Shown here in pieces: positions 43,021 through 53,546 of a DNA stretch of 64,000 bases. Numbering within the stretch: the first letter of the stretch is position 1; the number at the start of each line of letters is the position of its first letter. The position numbers were made by a program, and so were the translations under genes. The notes below the pieces were generated by a model. That model saw nothing but the letters and a program-made list of their open reading frames with translations, was not told where the DNA came from and made no database searches. The stretch covers positions 256,001-320,000 of the forward strand of contig CAWBEI010000005.1 in the NCBI GenBank assembly GCA_963787835.1, in the 5' to 3' direction. This DNA is from Ignavibacteriota bacterium (GTDB lineage Bacteria; Bacteroidota; Ignavibacteria; Palsa-1295).

Positions 43021-44439
43021 TTAATTATTCCCCTTCGAAGCGATCTCCTGAATGTTGGAAAGCTTGTACTCGCCGGGGGAGCCATTTTCTACGAAGTGAA
43101 AGATCTTGCCGACATTATTGGCGTAGGTCCATGTTTCGGTTGGGGATTCGCCGGGAATGAACGACCGCTCGATCTTAGTCGGCGGGCCATAGAGAATATA
43201 CACTTTGCCACGATCAGTTGTTGCGCCGTTCAGCATTCGGGTGGTGGTGAAGTTGAACGCGGCGTAATCCACGCGCTGGTAGAAGGTTGCCATGTGGTCG
43301 TTGTAAGCAGAGCCTTTCGCGGGGTATTGGGTATTCCAATAGGCATAGAGCTTTCTCATCTTTTCTTTATCGGAGCCGGAGTTCAGTGCGGCAAAGTCTT
43401 CCGGCTTCATAATGATCTCGAGCGGAGGAATGGCATCCTCGGGGTCTTGAAGTGTGAGCGGCATGTTCTGCCAGACGAGCATAAAATCGTTCTTTTGCGT
43501 TTGCTCCGCATTACCAGATTTTATGTGGAAAGTAAATTCGTATTTTCCTTGCTCGAAGGTCTGACCGGGAACATTAAATATAGCAGTCCAAAGCTGACCG
43601 TCGGAATCGGGTAACAGTTCATACCGAAGAATGCTATCGGCGGCCATAAATTGGAGGGAGCTTTTTGGGTGCAGGTCGCTGAGATCGAGCTGACCGTGAT
43701 AACGCTGGCCGGTGTCCTCGGGGTTGATAAGGTTACTGACCTGCCGCACATTAATATCGACATTCGGCAGGGCCTCAGTCGTATCCGGCAGCCGAAACGC
43801 TGCGACGCCAATAATATTATGGCTGAACATATAGGTATTGCCGCGCGCGCTTGTATATTCAATGCTATTCTTCATGCTGTCTGCAAGCGAGATATCACCG
43901 ATGGCAATATGTGCTTCACCGCCAGTAAGGTAGCGAGGATGCGCGCTTTTGATGAGACGCAGGTCAATGATCTGTGGGCGCATTACTAAGCGGTCCACGT
44001 TATCTCGCACTTCAATATGGAGTGCATATTTATTGCTTGTATCCAGAGGTGGAAGCGTGAACCGTTCGCTCATGGCGTGCCAGCATGTCTTGGAAACCGA
44101 TTCATCGAAGGTTTTTGCGTAGATCGTGTCATGGATATTTCGGGAAAGGACGGGCTGTGCAGTTCCTTGCTGATCTACTTCAAAGGTTACTTCCCGTATT
44201 GCGAAATACTCGCCACGAGTGGAATTTTTTGCTCGAAGGAACGAGAACATCGCGCTGGAGGTCGTCAGCCGAACATCGACCGTCCGGCCATCCGGCGCTT
44301 GGACGACGCTTGTCATGACGGGGTCGCCATAATCGTAATACATCCGCGAATCGTGCGAATGCCATTGGGCATTGGCACCGTTTGCAAATGCTGCAACGGC
44401 GATCGTGAATGCTAAAGCCCTTAATACGATTCTTTTCAT
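43021..44439 (-). CDS. GWxTD-domain protein (motif reads GATTD here)
   Basis: FYQRVDYA...NGATTDRGKVYILYGPP...ETWTY. Confidence 0.85.
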   Translation of the reverse strand: MKRIVLRALAFTIAVAAFANGANAQWHSHDSRMYYDYGDPVMTSVVQAPDGRTVDVRLTTSSAMFSFLRAKNSTRGEYFAIREVTFEVDQQGTAQPVLSRNIHDTIYAKTFDESVSKTCWHAMSERFTLPPLDTSNKYALHIEVRDNVDRLVMRPQIIDLRLIKSAHPRYLTGGEAHIAIGDISLADSMKNSIEYTSARGNTYMFSHNIIGVAAFRLPDTTEALPNVDINVRQVSNLINPEDTGQRYHGQLDLSDLHPKSSLQFMAADSILRYELLPDSDGQLWTAIFNVPGQTFEQGKYEFTFHIKSGNAEQTQKNDFMLVWQNMPLTLQDPEDAIPPLEIIMKPEDFAALNSGSDKEKMRKLYAYWNTQYPAKGSAYNDHMATFYQRVDYAAFNFTTTRMLNGATTDRGKVYILYGPPTKIERSFIPGESPTETWTYANNVGKIFHFVENGSPGEYKLSNIQEIASKGNN

Positions 44440-44514
44440 TTCCTATGTTGATCTCTTTCTTGCAAACACCCTATATGGGTACAAACACGCCCACAACATT
44501 TAAGTCTCATATCC

Positions 44515-44910
44515 TTAATTGAGAAGCGCACCTTCCATGATCCACGTTCTAATTCCATCGCGCTGATTTTCGTTTACATTGAGTGGTGCGTTATGGATCT
44601 CCTCGCCAAACAATGTTCTGATCAGGATAGAGGATGTATCGAGATTTGGATTTGAAGTGTTCACATCGATGAGGCCAGGATAACCGCGAAGATCCGTCCA
44701 TGTGGAAAAATCGTATCCACCAGATGCGGATATGTCGTGGCAACCGGGGCTGTTACACGCGAGAGTAAGAAACGGCTCGACCTGCTGAGAGTAGCTCACA
44801 TTTGTTGCCGGAAACACGATCTGATCGGCATTCGAAATACCACCACAGCCTTGCGTGAAAATCACAAGGATCCCAAAGGCTGCAAAAATACTAAAAAGTG
44901 CAGTTTTCAT
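44515..44910 (-). CDS. Lipoprotein with a CxxxxCH putative heme-binding motif
   Basis: Lipobox TQGC; VSYSQQVEPFL...CNSPGCH...IRTWIMEGA. Confidence 0.7.
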   Translation of the reverse strand: MKTALFSIFAAFGILVIFTQGCGGISNADQIVFPATNVSYSQQVEPFLTLACNSPGCHDISASGGYDFSTWTDLRGYPGLIDVNTSNPNLDTSSILIRTLFGEEIHNAPLNVNENQRDGIRTWIMEGALLN

Positions 44911-45010
44911 CGTTCAAAAAAATAACCCATTATGGAGGATTCTCATTCCAGGCGCCCCTGACGGAGGGTTCATCCAAAATGTAACGTAAAAGTCGTATCT
45001 TTGTAACAAG

Positions 45011-46063
45011 ATGACTGTACCGCGTTCGATTACTTTTCCCCTTGCCATCATAGCGCTTGTTGTAAGCGGTGCGGCGTTGCATATCATGCAGCCGGTTCTG
45101 TTGCCATTTGTGGTGGCGTTGTTCCTCTCGAATATTTTTCGTCCGCTTGTCGTGTATCTTCGTAACAAGCATGTTCCTATGGCGCTTATTCTTTTGATCG
45201 TCGTTGCGCTGGTTGGTGGGGTGCTGTTTGGCGTTTCGATGGTTGCGGTTTCGAGCGTTAACTCGCTGATGGTTGCGATGCCTCGCTATGAGGCGCGCTG
45301 GAATAATACGCTGCTACCCGGGATCGAAAATATGCTTGACGCTGCACCGGCCGCGCTTCAGCAGCAAGTGCATACCCTTCGATGGTCAAACGTCGTGCAG
45401 GTTTCTTCGATTTTTGGAATACTTTATGCTGGCGCCGGAGGATTTGTTTCCGTAATGAGCGGGCTTGGGCTTATTCTGCTTTTTATGCTTTTTATTCTCG
45501 AAGGCAATGGATTATTCGAACGTAAGATCCGCGCAGCGTATCCCGATACCAGCGATGAGATCATCTCCGTCATTAACCGGATCGATGGGAAAACGGAGCG
45601 TTATTTTATTACGATGACGCTCATCAATCTTGTCAGTGGTATTATTTCCATCATTATCTTATCTGCATTTGGTGTTGATTTGGCGCTCTTATGGGGACTT
45701 GTAACCTTTATCGTTTGCTTTATCCCAACGTTAGGATCTATCTTTGCACTTGCATTACCAATCGGAGTGGCATTTTTGCAGTTCGATAGTATCTCCACCC
45801 CTATTGCAGTAGCGATCACGCTCATAGCGGTGCAATTCCTTTGGGGGAGTGTTATCACCCCTCGCATTATGGGTTCCAGCCTCGATCTTAGTCCGCTGCT
45901 TGTGTTGCTTTCGCTGATCTTTTGGGGTTGGGTGTGGGGGCCGTGGGGGATGGTGCTTTCGGTGCCGGTCACCTCAATGATTAAGATCGCCATGGAAAGT
46001 ATCCCATCTACGAAACCGTTAGCGATCCTAGGGTCTCACTCAGTCCCGCCCAATCAAACATAA
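45011..46063 (+). CDS. AI-2E family transporter
   Basis: FIPTLGS, PRIMGSSLDLSP, WGWVWGPWGMVLSVP. Confidence 0.92.
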   Translation: MTVPRSITFPLAIIALVVSGAALHIMQPVLLPFVVALFLSNIFRPLVVYLRNKHVPMALILLIVVALVGGVLFGVSMVAVSSVNSLMVAMPRYEARWNNTLLPGIENMLDAAPAALQQQVHTLRWSNVVQVSSIFGILYAGAGGFVSVMSGLGLILLFMLFILEGNGLFERKIRAAYPDTSDEIISVINRIDGKTERYFITMTLINLVSGIISIIILSAFGVDLALLWGLVTFIVCFIPTLGSIFALALPIGVAFLQFDSISTPIAVAITLIAVQFLWGSVITPRIMGSSLDLSPLLVLLSLIFWGWVWGPWGMVLSVPVTSMIKIAMESIPSTKPLAILGSHSVPPNQT

Positions 46064-48083
46064 GTTTATCGAGCTCGGCTTTGATCGATTCCAGGCGAGT
46101 TGCGTTCGATTTCACACGCCCCAGATCGGAATAATATCCGGGATCGTACATGCCATCTTCGATGGCAATCTTTTCTTTCTCCAGCTTTTCGATCTGTTTT
46201 TCTATTTTGGATATTTTATCGCGAATGGGTTTTTCCTGTTTGTACTTCTTATTGCGTTCTTCCGCTTCGAGGCGTTTCCGGTTTTCTTCGTTGCGCTTTT
46301 GATGTTCTGTGTTTCGATCTGATTCAACCTGCGTTGGAGGTTTCTGCTTGGGTTCCTGTTTCGGCACAGCGGGTGCCGAGCGTTTGGCTCTGATACTGGC
46401 AAGCTCCTTGGCCCGCAATTCTTCGAGATATTCTTCAATGGGCCTCGGATACTCTTTCACATGGCCATCCCCGAAGGTAATGAGCCGGTCCGTGAGATCC
46501 TCGAGGAAATCACGATCGTGAGAGATCACGATGACGGTTCCCTCGAACTGCAAGAGGGCTTCCTTTACAACTTCCTTAGACTGAACATCCAGGTGATTCG
46601 TCGGTTCGTCGAGAATGAGGGTGTTAACGGGTTCCAGCAGCATCTTCGCAAGCGCAAGCCGGGATTTTTCACCGCCGGAAAGCACTCGAACCGGTTTGAA
46701 GACATCATCCCCTTGAAATAAGAATGCGCCAAGCAATGTGCGTATCTGTGCCTGAGATCTTGGCGTGCCTCCGCTTTTCGAAGGAGCACTTGCATTCTGT
46801 CCATGAAAAAGTTGAGCTCTCGTGATGGATTCGAGCGTTTCAAGCACGGTAAGTTCTGGCTTCAGGGCTTCGGCCTGATGCTGTGCATAATATCCCAGCG
46901 TTACATTATGTCCAAGCGTCAGGGAACCTCCCGTCAAGGGTTCCTGACCGGCAAGGATCTTGCCCATGGTCGTTTTGCCTTCACCGTTACGGCCTAAGAA
47001 TGCGATGCGATCTCCACGTTCTATGCGCAGATCGACTCCACTAAAGATATCACGAACGCCGTCGTACGATTTCGCACCATTTTCTATCTCGAAGACCATC
47101 CGTCCCGATGGCGGGGCAGTCGGAAAGCTAAAATGAACTGCCTTCCCATGCGAAGCAAGCTCGATGCGCTCCATGCGGTCGAGCATCTTCACACGGGACT
47201 GCGCCTGACGGGCTTTCGTGGCACTATAGCGAAAGCGCTCGACAAACCGCTCCAGCTCTTTTCGCCGAGCTTCGATATTTGCGCTTGCAGCAACAAGCTG
47301 TGCTTCGCGTTCCGCCTTCGTTCGTTCGTAATATTCGTAATTACCCGGATAAACTTCCACCTTTCCTTGCTCGATCTCGGCCGTCCGATTGCACACCAGA
47401 TTGAGAAATGCCCGGTCGTGCGAGACCATGATGATCGTACCCTCGAACGCCTTGAGAAAGTTCTCAAGCCAGAGCATGCTTTCCAGATCAAGGTGGTTGG
47501 TCGGTTCGTCAAGCAGGAGAGCGTCGTTTCGGGCGATTAACAGTTTTGCGAGCATTAATCGCATTTGCCATCCACCGGAAAATGTTGCTACTGCCTGCGT
47601 AAGATCGTTTTCACGAAATCCAAGTCCTGCAAGAATTTTCTTTGCATCGCTTTCGAGTTCGAATCCTCCCAAGTCCTCAAATTGATGGTGCAGCACACCA
47701 AAACGGTCTATCACCTGAAAATAGGCATCACTTGCGTGATCCTGTCCGGGATCCCCCATCTCTTTCTGAACGGCCTCAAGCGCTTCTTCTATGTCAATAA
47801 GGTCTTCGCGCGCGCGCATTGCCTCGGCGATCAAAGTTCGTGACTGAGCGGCCGTATCGAGCGTTGGCTCCTGCGGCAAATAGCCGATCTGGTAACCTGT
47901 CGGCATATTCACACTGCCGGATTCCGGCTCATACACTCCGGCGATGATGCGCAGCAGCGTTGTTTTCCCGGCTCCGTTCGGGCCAACAAGTCCCATGCGG
48001 TCGCCGGGCCTTACGGTAACTGTTGCATCGCGGAAAAGGAATTTTCCGCCGAACTGCATACTAAGATGTTCTAAGGCTATCAA
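46008..48083 (-). CDS. ABC-F family ATPase
   Basis: Two ABC domains; FSGGWQMR; LDEPTNHLD twice; C-terminal coiled coil. Confidence 0.95.
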   Translation of the reverse strand: MIALEHLSMQFGGKFLFRDATVTVRPGDRMGLVGPNGAGKTTLLRIIAGVYEPESGSVNMPTGYQIGYLPQEPTLDTAAQSRTLIAEAMRAREDLIDIEEALEAVQKEMGDPGQDHASDAYFQVIDRFGVLHHQFEDLGGFELESDAKKILAGLGFRENDLTQAVATFSGGWQMRLMLAKLLIARNDALLLDEPTNHLDLESMLWLENFLKAFEGTIIMVSHDRAFLNLVCNRTAEIEQGKVEVYPGNYEYYERTKAEREAQLVAASANIEARRKELERFVERFRYSATKARQAQSRVKMLDRMERIELASHGKAVHFSFPTAPPSGRMVFEIENGAKSYDGVRDIFSGVDLRIERGDRIAFLGRNGEGKTTMGKILAGQEPLTGGSLTLGHNVTLGYYAQHQAEALKPELTVLETLESITRAQLFHGQNASAPSKSGGTPRSQAQIRTLLGAFLFQGDDVFKPVRVLSGGEKSRLALAKMLLEPVNTLILDEPTNHLDVQSKEVVKEALLQFEGTVIVISHDRDFLEDLTDRLITFGDGHVKEYPRPIEEYLEELRAKELASIRAKRSAPAVPKQEPKQKPPTQVESDRNTEHQKRNEENRKRLEAEERNKKYKQEKPIRDKISKIEKQIEKLEKEKIAIEDGMYDPGYYSDLGRVKSNATRLESIKAELDKLMFDWAGLSETLGSLTVS

Positions 48084-48164
48084 TTAAGAATTAAAAATTA
48101 AGAATTAAAAATGATAAATATGAAAAGGCAATATTGTGTTATTAAACACTATTCTCATTTAGAA

Positions 48165-48770
48165 TCATGGTTTCAGGATTACGTGGTAGAATTGCTCGCC
48201 GTTCGGGAAATCTTCTATTTCTTCCCATAGGATAGTTAAGCCAATATGTTTAAATGTATCTCTGTATTCATCAGGCCCATAATGTGACCAATACATCGTC
48301 ACCCCTTTCCATTCACGAACGATCTCTTCTTCGTTGCTGGCTCCGAGGACAAGATACGCAATACCAGAGGGTTTCAGCCACAGCCGTATGTTCTTGAGCA
48401 ACTGTTCCTGTTCCTTTTGAGGAACGTGTATAATTGCGAAGGTGCTCACAATGAGGTCAAACGTTGCATTATCAAATCGGCATTCAGACATATCTGACTG
48501 AATGAATTTGCCATCCGGAATTTGATCCCTGGCTATCCGAATCATCTCCCCAGAAATATCGACTCCTGTTATATCATATCCTTTACGTGCAAAATATCCG
48601 GTCACCGGTTCACCGCCTCCGCAGCCTAAATCAAGCACCTTCCCTTTGTTGGGAAAATATTCTGAAAGTGAATCGAAGAACTCACTGACAATCTCTTTCC
48701 GAGAAAGACGGTGTGAATTGTATTCATTCGCTATGACATTATAGCCATCTTCAACGATTTTCTTATTCAT
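48165..48770 (-). CDS. Class I SAM-dependent methyltransferase
   Basis: VLDLGCGGG, GVDIS, LKPSG. Confidence 0.92.
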   Translation of the reverse strand: MNKKIVEDGYNVIANEYNSHRLSRKEIVSEFFDSLSEYFPNKGKVLDLGCGGGEPVTGYFARKGYDITGVDISGEMIRIARDQIPDGKFIQSDMSECRFDNATFDLIVSTFAIIHVPQKEQEQLLKNIRLWLKPSGIAYLVLGASNEEEIVREWKGVTMYWSHYGPDEYRDTFKHIGLTILWEEIEDFPNGEQFYHVILKP

Positions 48771-48777
48771 GATCACT

Positions 48778-49311
48778 TTATGGTTGAAGACCTCTGCGGG
48801 ATCGGTGGCGTCTGCGAGCGAAAGGTATTTGGCGTTCACCGTGCTTGCCCTCTTTATCGTACGGAAGTATTGAGATGGAACCATCTATTTCAAGAATGGC
48901 AGTTTTCACTTCGGAAATATCGGTAAATCCATGCTCGCGGATCTGTTCTTCAAGTTCCTCTGGCCGGATCGACTCTTTCGTTAGATTTGACATGACCATC
49001 TGACCATTTCGAATAAGAAGTCGTGGTTCGCCAGTGATGAGCCCACCGAGTTTTGTATCCCGAAAAATAACTTTTGTCAGAATGACATTAATAAGAATGA
49101 GCGTAGCTGCGGCAACAATGCCGCCGAGCAGCGATGAATCGTTACCAACCATTGCATTCTGAACGGCGTTTGAAACGAGAAGGATTAGCGCAAAATCGAT
49201 CAGCGAAAGCTGCGAAATATGCCGTTTGCCCGCCAGACGAAATCCGGCAAGAATAACAAGATAGACCACCGTGCTGCGCACGACGATCTCGATCAGGGAA
49301 TTAGAGAACAT
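48778..49311 (-). CDS. DUF421/YetF family membrane protein
   Basis: RLAGKRHISQLSLID, GEPRLLIRNG, AILEIDGSISI. Confidence 0.92.
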   Translation of the reverse strand: MFSNSLIEIVVRSTVVYLVILAGFRLAGKRHISQLSLIDFALILLVSNAVQNAMVGNDSSLLGGIVAAATLILINVILTKVIFRDTKLGGLITGEPRLLIRNGQMVMSNLTKESIRPEELEEQIREHGFTDISEVKTAILEIDGSISILPYDKEGKHGERQIPFARRRHRSRRGLQP

Positions 49312-49403
49312 TTTGTTCGATATCTGGTAGTTAGGCGGGCGTAACAGCTATCTCATCACTATCGCTTCCGAACGGAGATGTGAAACCCTGGTGTTTTAAA
49401 AAC

Positions 49404-49517
49404 GTCATTGCGAGGAGCTTTCGATGAGCGGAGCGAATCGAAAGCGACGAAGCAATCTGTAGGGATTGCTTCGTCGCGGTGTTCTCCCTTCGGTCGAACA
49501 CCGCTCCTCGCAATGAC
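49404..49517. repeat. GTCATTGCGAG...CTCGCAATGAC element
   Basis: Seen directly, immediately upstream of the clpB fragment. Confidence 0.9.
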
Positions 49518-49539
49518 GTGACTCGAAAAGGTAAAGACC

Positions 49540-50883
49540 ATGGCCACACCAAATCAAGCAACCACCCAGCGGCTCACAGAGATAGAAAAAGAACTTGCCG
49601 AACTTCAGGAAAGCCGCACCCAGCTACGCTCCCACTGGGAGCACGAAAAGCGGCTCATTAAGGATATTCGCGCTCAGCGCGAGGAGATCGAGGCACTGCG
49701 CAATCAGGCCGAACAGTTTGAGCGCCAGGGCGATCTTGGCAAAGTTGCTGAGATTCGCTATGGCACGATCCCAAAAACGGAGAGCGATCTCGCCAAGAAA
49801 CAGGCTGAACTGGAAAAGCTTCAGAAAGACCATCAGATGCTGAAAGAGGTCGTCGGTCCCGAGGACATTGCTGAAGTCGTTGCGAAATGGACAGGCATTC
49901 CCGTCTCGCGTATGCTGGAAAGCGAGCGCGAAAAGCTCCTGAAAATGGAAGACCGGTTGCACGAGCGTATCGTCGGGCAGGATGAAGCAGTTACGGCGGT
50001 ATCGAACGCCATCCGCCGCTCCCGCGCAGGAATGCAGGATCGCAACCGTCCCATCGGGAGCTTTATTTTTCTTGGTTCAACGGGTGTTGGCAAAACGGAG
50101 CTGGCCCGCGCACTTGCGGAATTTCTTTTCGATGATGAACATGCCATGGTTCGCATCGACATGTCGGAATACATGGAGAAATTTTCCGTCTCGCGTTTAG
50201 TTGGCGCTCCGCCGGGATATGTTGGGTATGAAGAGGGTGGTCAGCTTACGGAAGCAGTGCGGCGCCGTCCATATAGTGTTTTATTACTTGACGAGATCGA
50301 GAAAGCACACCCTGATGTGTTCAATATTCTCTTGCAAGTGCTCGATGATGGCCGCCTTACGGATTCGCAAGGCCGAACGGTCGATTTTAAGAATACGATC
50401 ATCATCATGACCTCGAATATCGGTTCCCATATTATTACTGCTGAGATGCAGAAGATGAATGATGAGAATAGAGACCGCATTCTTGCACATCTTCGAACGC
50501 TGCTGCTTACAGAGTTGCGCAAGACCATCCGTCCGGAGTTCCTGAACCGGATTGACGAGATCGTGATGTTCCAGCCAATTTCGGAAAGCGATCTTCGAAA
50601 GATCGTGGATATTCAACTTCTTCGCGTAATCGAAATGACGGAAAAGAACGGTATCCATCTTGAAGTCTCCAATGATGCCCGCGATTGGCTTGCCAAAAGT
50701 GGTTTCGATCCCATTTATGGTGCGCGCCCACTCAAGCGTGTGATACAACGCGCTGTCGTCGATCCACTATCGATGAAGCTATTGGGCGGGGAGATCGCGC
50801 AAGGCGATACGGTGCGTGTCGATCATAATGATCGTGGGCAATATACGTTTGAGAAAGTGGCTGGTGATTCTCTTGCGGATTAA
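49540..50883 (+). CDS. clpB: ClpB C-terminal half (partial M-domain plus NBD2)
   Basis: [43 protein letters not shown]; no N-domain or NBD1. Confidence 0.9.
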   Translation: MATPNQATTQRLTEIEKELAELQESRTQLRSHWEHEKRLIKDIRAQREEIEALRNQAEQFERQGDLGKVAEIRYGTIPKTESDLAKKQAELEKLQKDHQMLKEVVGPEDIAEVVAKWTGIPVSRMLESEREKLLKMEDRLHERIVGQDEAVTAVSNAIRRSRAGMQDRNRPIGSFIFLGSTGVGKTELARALAEFLFDDEHAMVRIDMSEYMEKFSVSRLVGAPPGYVGYEEGGQLTEAVRRRPYSVLLLDEIEKAHPDVFNILLQVLDDGRLTDSQGRTVDFKNTIIIMTSNIGSHIITAEMQKMNDENRDRILAHLRTLLLTELRKTIRPEFLNRIDEIVMFQPISESDLRKIVDIQLLRVIEMTEKNGIHLEVSNDARDWLAKSGFDPIYGARPLKRVIQRAVVDPLSMKLLGGEIAQGDTVRVDHNDRGQYTFEKVAGDSLAD

Positions 50884-51554
50884 ATCGGGAACATCATTCC
50901 GCCAGCGATACGAACATCCCGGGTCTTGATAGTGCCGGAGGGAGAAAAAAGCAGTTCACCCTCATAATTTGGATTGGCTAAATTTAATATGTTCACCAAT
51001 CCAAACGCATATCCCGCGTCGACAAAGATTTGTGTACCACTCGACAAATTGAACGTAAGTCCAGCACCGCCAACAATTGAAAAATCGACCATATTCACTC
51101 CATCGTTGATTTTGTAGTCAGCGCCAAGTGTTCCGCTTCCTTGTTGCTTGGCATAGCCCCAAAACATATAGCCGATTGATGGCCCAGCAAATACATAAGG
51201 TTGAAAATTTCCATTACTGAACCCCACTTTTAAAAAAATTGGAATTTCGAGATAATTAAGTGTAATATCGTTCGATGCAACATACCCGGGAACGTTGCTC
51301 TCCTCATGCCACCCTTTTTGATCGAGCAGAAGGCCGGTGCTCAGTGCGACCATGTTGCTAAACCATATGTCGAGCTGAGCGCCGCCGATGAGCCCGTTGA
51401 TTGTACTTTTATTGATTCCATTTGCAGTGGAATCCCATACTACGGTACCGACATCCATTCCGCCACGCAGCCCAAGCATAAGCTTTTGCGCGTAGGATGA
51501 TGAGGAAATTACAAGGGTTGTAAGTATGGAGATCGAAAAAACGATTTTTTTCAT
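50880..51554 (-). CDS. Outer-membrane beta-barrel (PorT-like porin family)
   Basis: Signal peptide, [16 protein letters not shown], alternating beta strands. Confidence 0.85.
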   Translation of the reverse strand: MKKIVFSISILTTLVISSSSYAQKLMLGLRGGMDVGTVVWDSTANGINKSTINGLIGGAQLDIWFSNMVALSTGLLLDQKGWHEESNVPGYVASNDITLNYLEIPIFLKVGFSNGNFQPYVFAGPSIGYMFWGYAKQQGSGTLGADYKINDGVNMVDFSIVGGAGLTFNLSSGTQIFVDAGYAFGLVNILNLANPNYEGELLFSPSGTIKTRDVRIAGGMMFPI

Positions 51555-51699
51555 GTCTAATGCTCGTTGCTAATTAAATTCTGGGGTGAACCGAATTCTC
51601 AGCACACCATAATGAATAATTTGTTACGATCCCATTCCGAAGAGGTTACAGGGTAATTATTTGTGACCTAACGGCAGTCGTTGTTCCTCCAAATCAATG

Positions 51700-52635
51700 C
51701 TAACTCAGCTTCACCCTCGGATCCAACCGTGCATACACAAGGTCGACCACAAAATTCACAGAGACAAAGATCGCCGCAGAAAATATTACGGTTCCCTGAA
51801 TGATCGGGAAATCGCTGCGCGTGATGGCATCGACCGCTTGCAGCCCTATTCCAGGCCAGTTGAAGATATATTCAATAAAGTAGGTGCCGACGAGCAATCC
51901 GGCAAGCCATGCACTGACGGTCGTAACAACGGGGTTGAGAGCATTCCTCAGCGCATGTTTATACACAATGGATTTCCACGGCGCGCCTTTTGCTTTAGCA
52001 GTGCGGATGTAATCGCTGGACATGACTTCCAACATACTCGATCTTGTCACGCGAGCAATAACCGAAACAGGACGTAAGGCAAGGACCAGCATTGGCAATA
52101 TCAGGTATTCAATATGCAGTTCGCCGCCTTCCCACATATATCCGGAGACGGGGAGCCAATCCAGCCACGAACCAAATACGAGCATCGCTAATAACCCCAT
52201 TACGAACGCGGGAACGGAAATTCCAATAAGGGCGAACAGCATACTGGCATTATCGAAGAGACTATAGGAACGAATCGCACTCACGACGCCAATTCCAACA
52301 CCGAGTACAGATGCAATAAGCATGGCGCTGATGGCAAGTGTTGCCGTCGCGCCGAAACGATCCATAATGCTATCGAGAACGGGTCGGTTCGAGGTGAATG
52401 ACCGTCCCAGATCACCATGCGCGACATTGCCAATGAACCTCACATATCGTTGCCACGCAGGAAGATCAAGGCCAAGCTCATGCCGAATTGCCGTTTGCGT
52501 GGCAAGATCCGCCCGCTGCCCCTGCATCATGCGCGCAGGGTCGGGCAATAAATTCATAATAAAAAAGACTACCGTCACCACCCCGAATATTACAAGGATG
52601 GAATAAATAAATCTGCGAATGGTAAACGCCAGCAT
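51700..52635 (-). CDS. Peptide ABC permease (OppB/DppB-like)
   Basis: GDLGRS, RSSMLEV...DYIRTAKAKG, HALRNA. Confidence 0.93.
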   Translation of the reverse strand: MLAFTIRRFIYSILVIFGVVTVVFFIMNLLPDPARMMQGQRADLATQTAIRHELGLDLPAWQRYVRFIGNVAHGDLGRSFTSNRPVLDSIMDRFGATATLAISAMLIASVLGVGIGVVSAIRSYSLFDNASMLFALIGISVPAFVMGLLAMLVFGSWLDWLPVSGYMWEGGELHIEYLILPMLVLALRPVSVIARVTRSSMLEVMSSDYIRTAKAKGAPWKSIVYKHALRNALNPVVTTVSAWLAGLLVGTYFIEYIFNWPGIGLQAVDAITRSDFPIIQGTVIFSAAIFVSVNFVVDLVYARLDPRVKLS

Positions 52636-52648
52636 GGTAATTTGTCCA

Positions 52649-52773
52649 GTCAATGCGAGAAGGAATTACGGAGCGAAGCGGAGTAATTTCGTCGAAGCAA
52701 TCTCCCACTTAATGGATGAGATTGCTTCGTCGCATAATTCTCCCTCCGGTCGAATTATGCTTCTCGCAATGAC
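52649..52773. repeat. GTCA(A/T)TGCGAG...CTCGCAATGAC element
   Basis: Seen directly. Confidence 0.88.
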
Positions 52774-52796
52774 AGTAAAAGAGAACAGGCAATTGT

Positions 52797-53120
52797 TTAC
52801 TCCAGTTTAACGGCTGTGCCGTAGCAGAGCACTTCGGTCACGCCGCTCATGATCTCAGTTGCATCATAACGGACTCCGATAATACCGTCGGCGCCAAGCT
52901 GTTCGGCATGTGCAACCATGAGTTCATACGTGTCAGCCCGAGCTTTCTCGCACAGTTCGGAGTAGATAGAGATGTTGCCGCCAAAGATCGTTTGCAGTCC
53001 AGCCGCGAACGAGCCGACGATCGACCTGGAGCGAACGATAATGCCACGCACGACCCCAAGGTTCTTCGCTATTTTACGGCCTGCGAGATCGAATGAAGTA
53101 GTAATATTTGAGTGATCCAT
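52797..53120 (-). CDS. YbjQ/UPF0145 family protein
   Basis: LGVVRG...IFGG...[11 protein letters not shown]...YGTAV. Confidence 0.93.
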   Translation of the reverse strand: MDHSNITTSFDLAGRKIAKNLGVVRGIIVRSRSIVGSFAAGLQTIFGGNISIYSELCEKARADTYELMVAHAEQLGADGIIGVRYDATEIMSGVTEVLCYGTAVKLE

Positions 53121-53199
53121 AAGAATTGAATGATTTAGAAAATACAAATATACGAGAGAAAAGAAGGACTATTGAGAAAAATTTCGTATATTTGTACAT

Positions 53200-53405
53200 A
53201 AATATGTGGTGCCTCGCACAAATGAGCGATCATGCGGCGAGGTGAAAAGGGAATCTCGTGACGTTCGAATGAGCGATCATCCGAATTAATTCGAGAGCTG
53301 CCCCGCAACTGTAACTCCATCGGCGTTCAATCGCCGTCCACGAAGTCCACTGGGTCCACGGACCTGGGAAGGCATTTTAGGAGAAGCCAGGAGACCTGCC
53401 ACGTC
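53200..53405 (+). promoter_or_regulatory. Cobalamin riboswitch
   Basis: AAAAGGGAA, GCCCCGCAACTGT, CCACTG...GGGAAGG and B12-box AGCCAGGAGACCTGCC upstream of a TonB-dependent receptor. Confidence 0.95.
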
Positions 53406-53419
53406 ATTCTAATTCACTT

Positions 53420-53546
53420 GGCCTTCGAGGGAGAGGCAGGAGTTACAGACAATCGGAATTGTAGCGTAAACGTTAGTTTGCGCTCGCTCGCTCGATTTTT
53501 CGTGCTCCTATGCTCGCCTCCCGAAGGCTGTATGGGAGCTTTTTTT
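53420..53546 (+). terminator. Riboswitch expression platform with terminator-like hairpin and T run
   Basis: GCCTTCGAGGGAG...CTCCCGAAGGC and GCTCC...GGAGC followed by T7. Confidence 0.55.
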
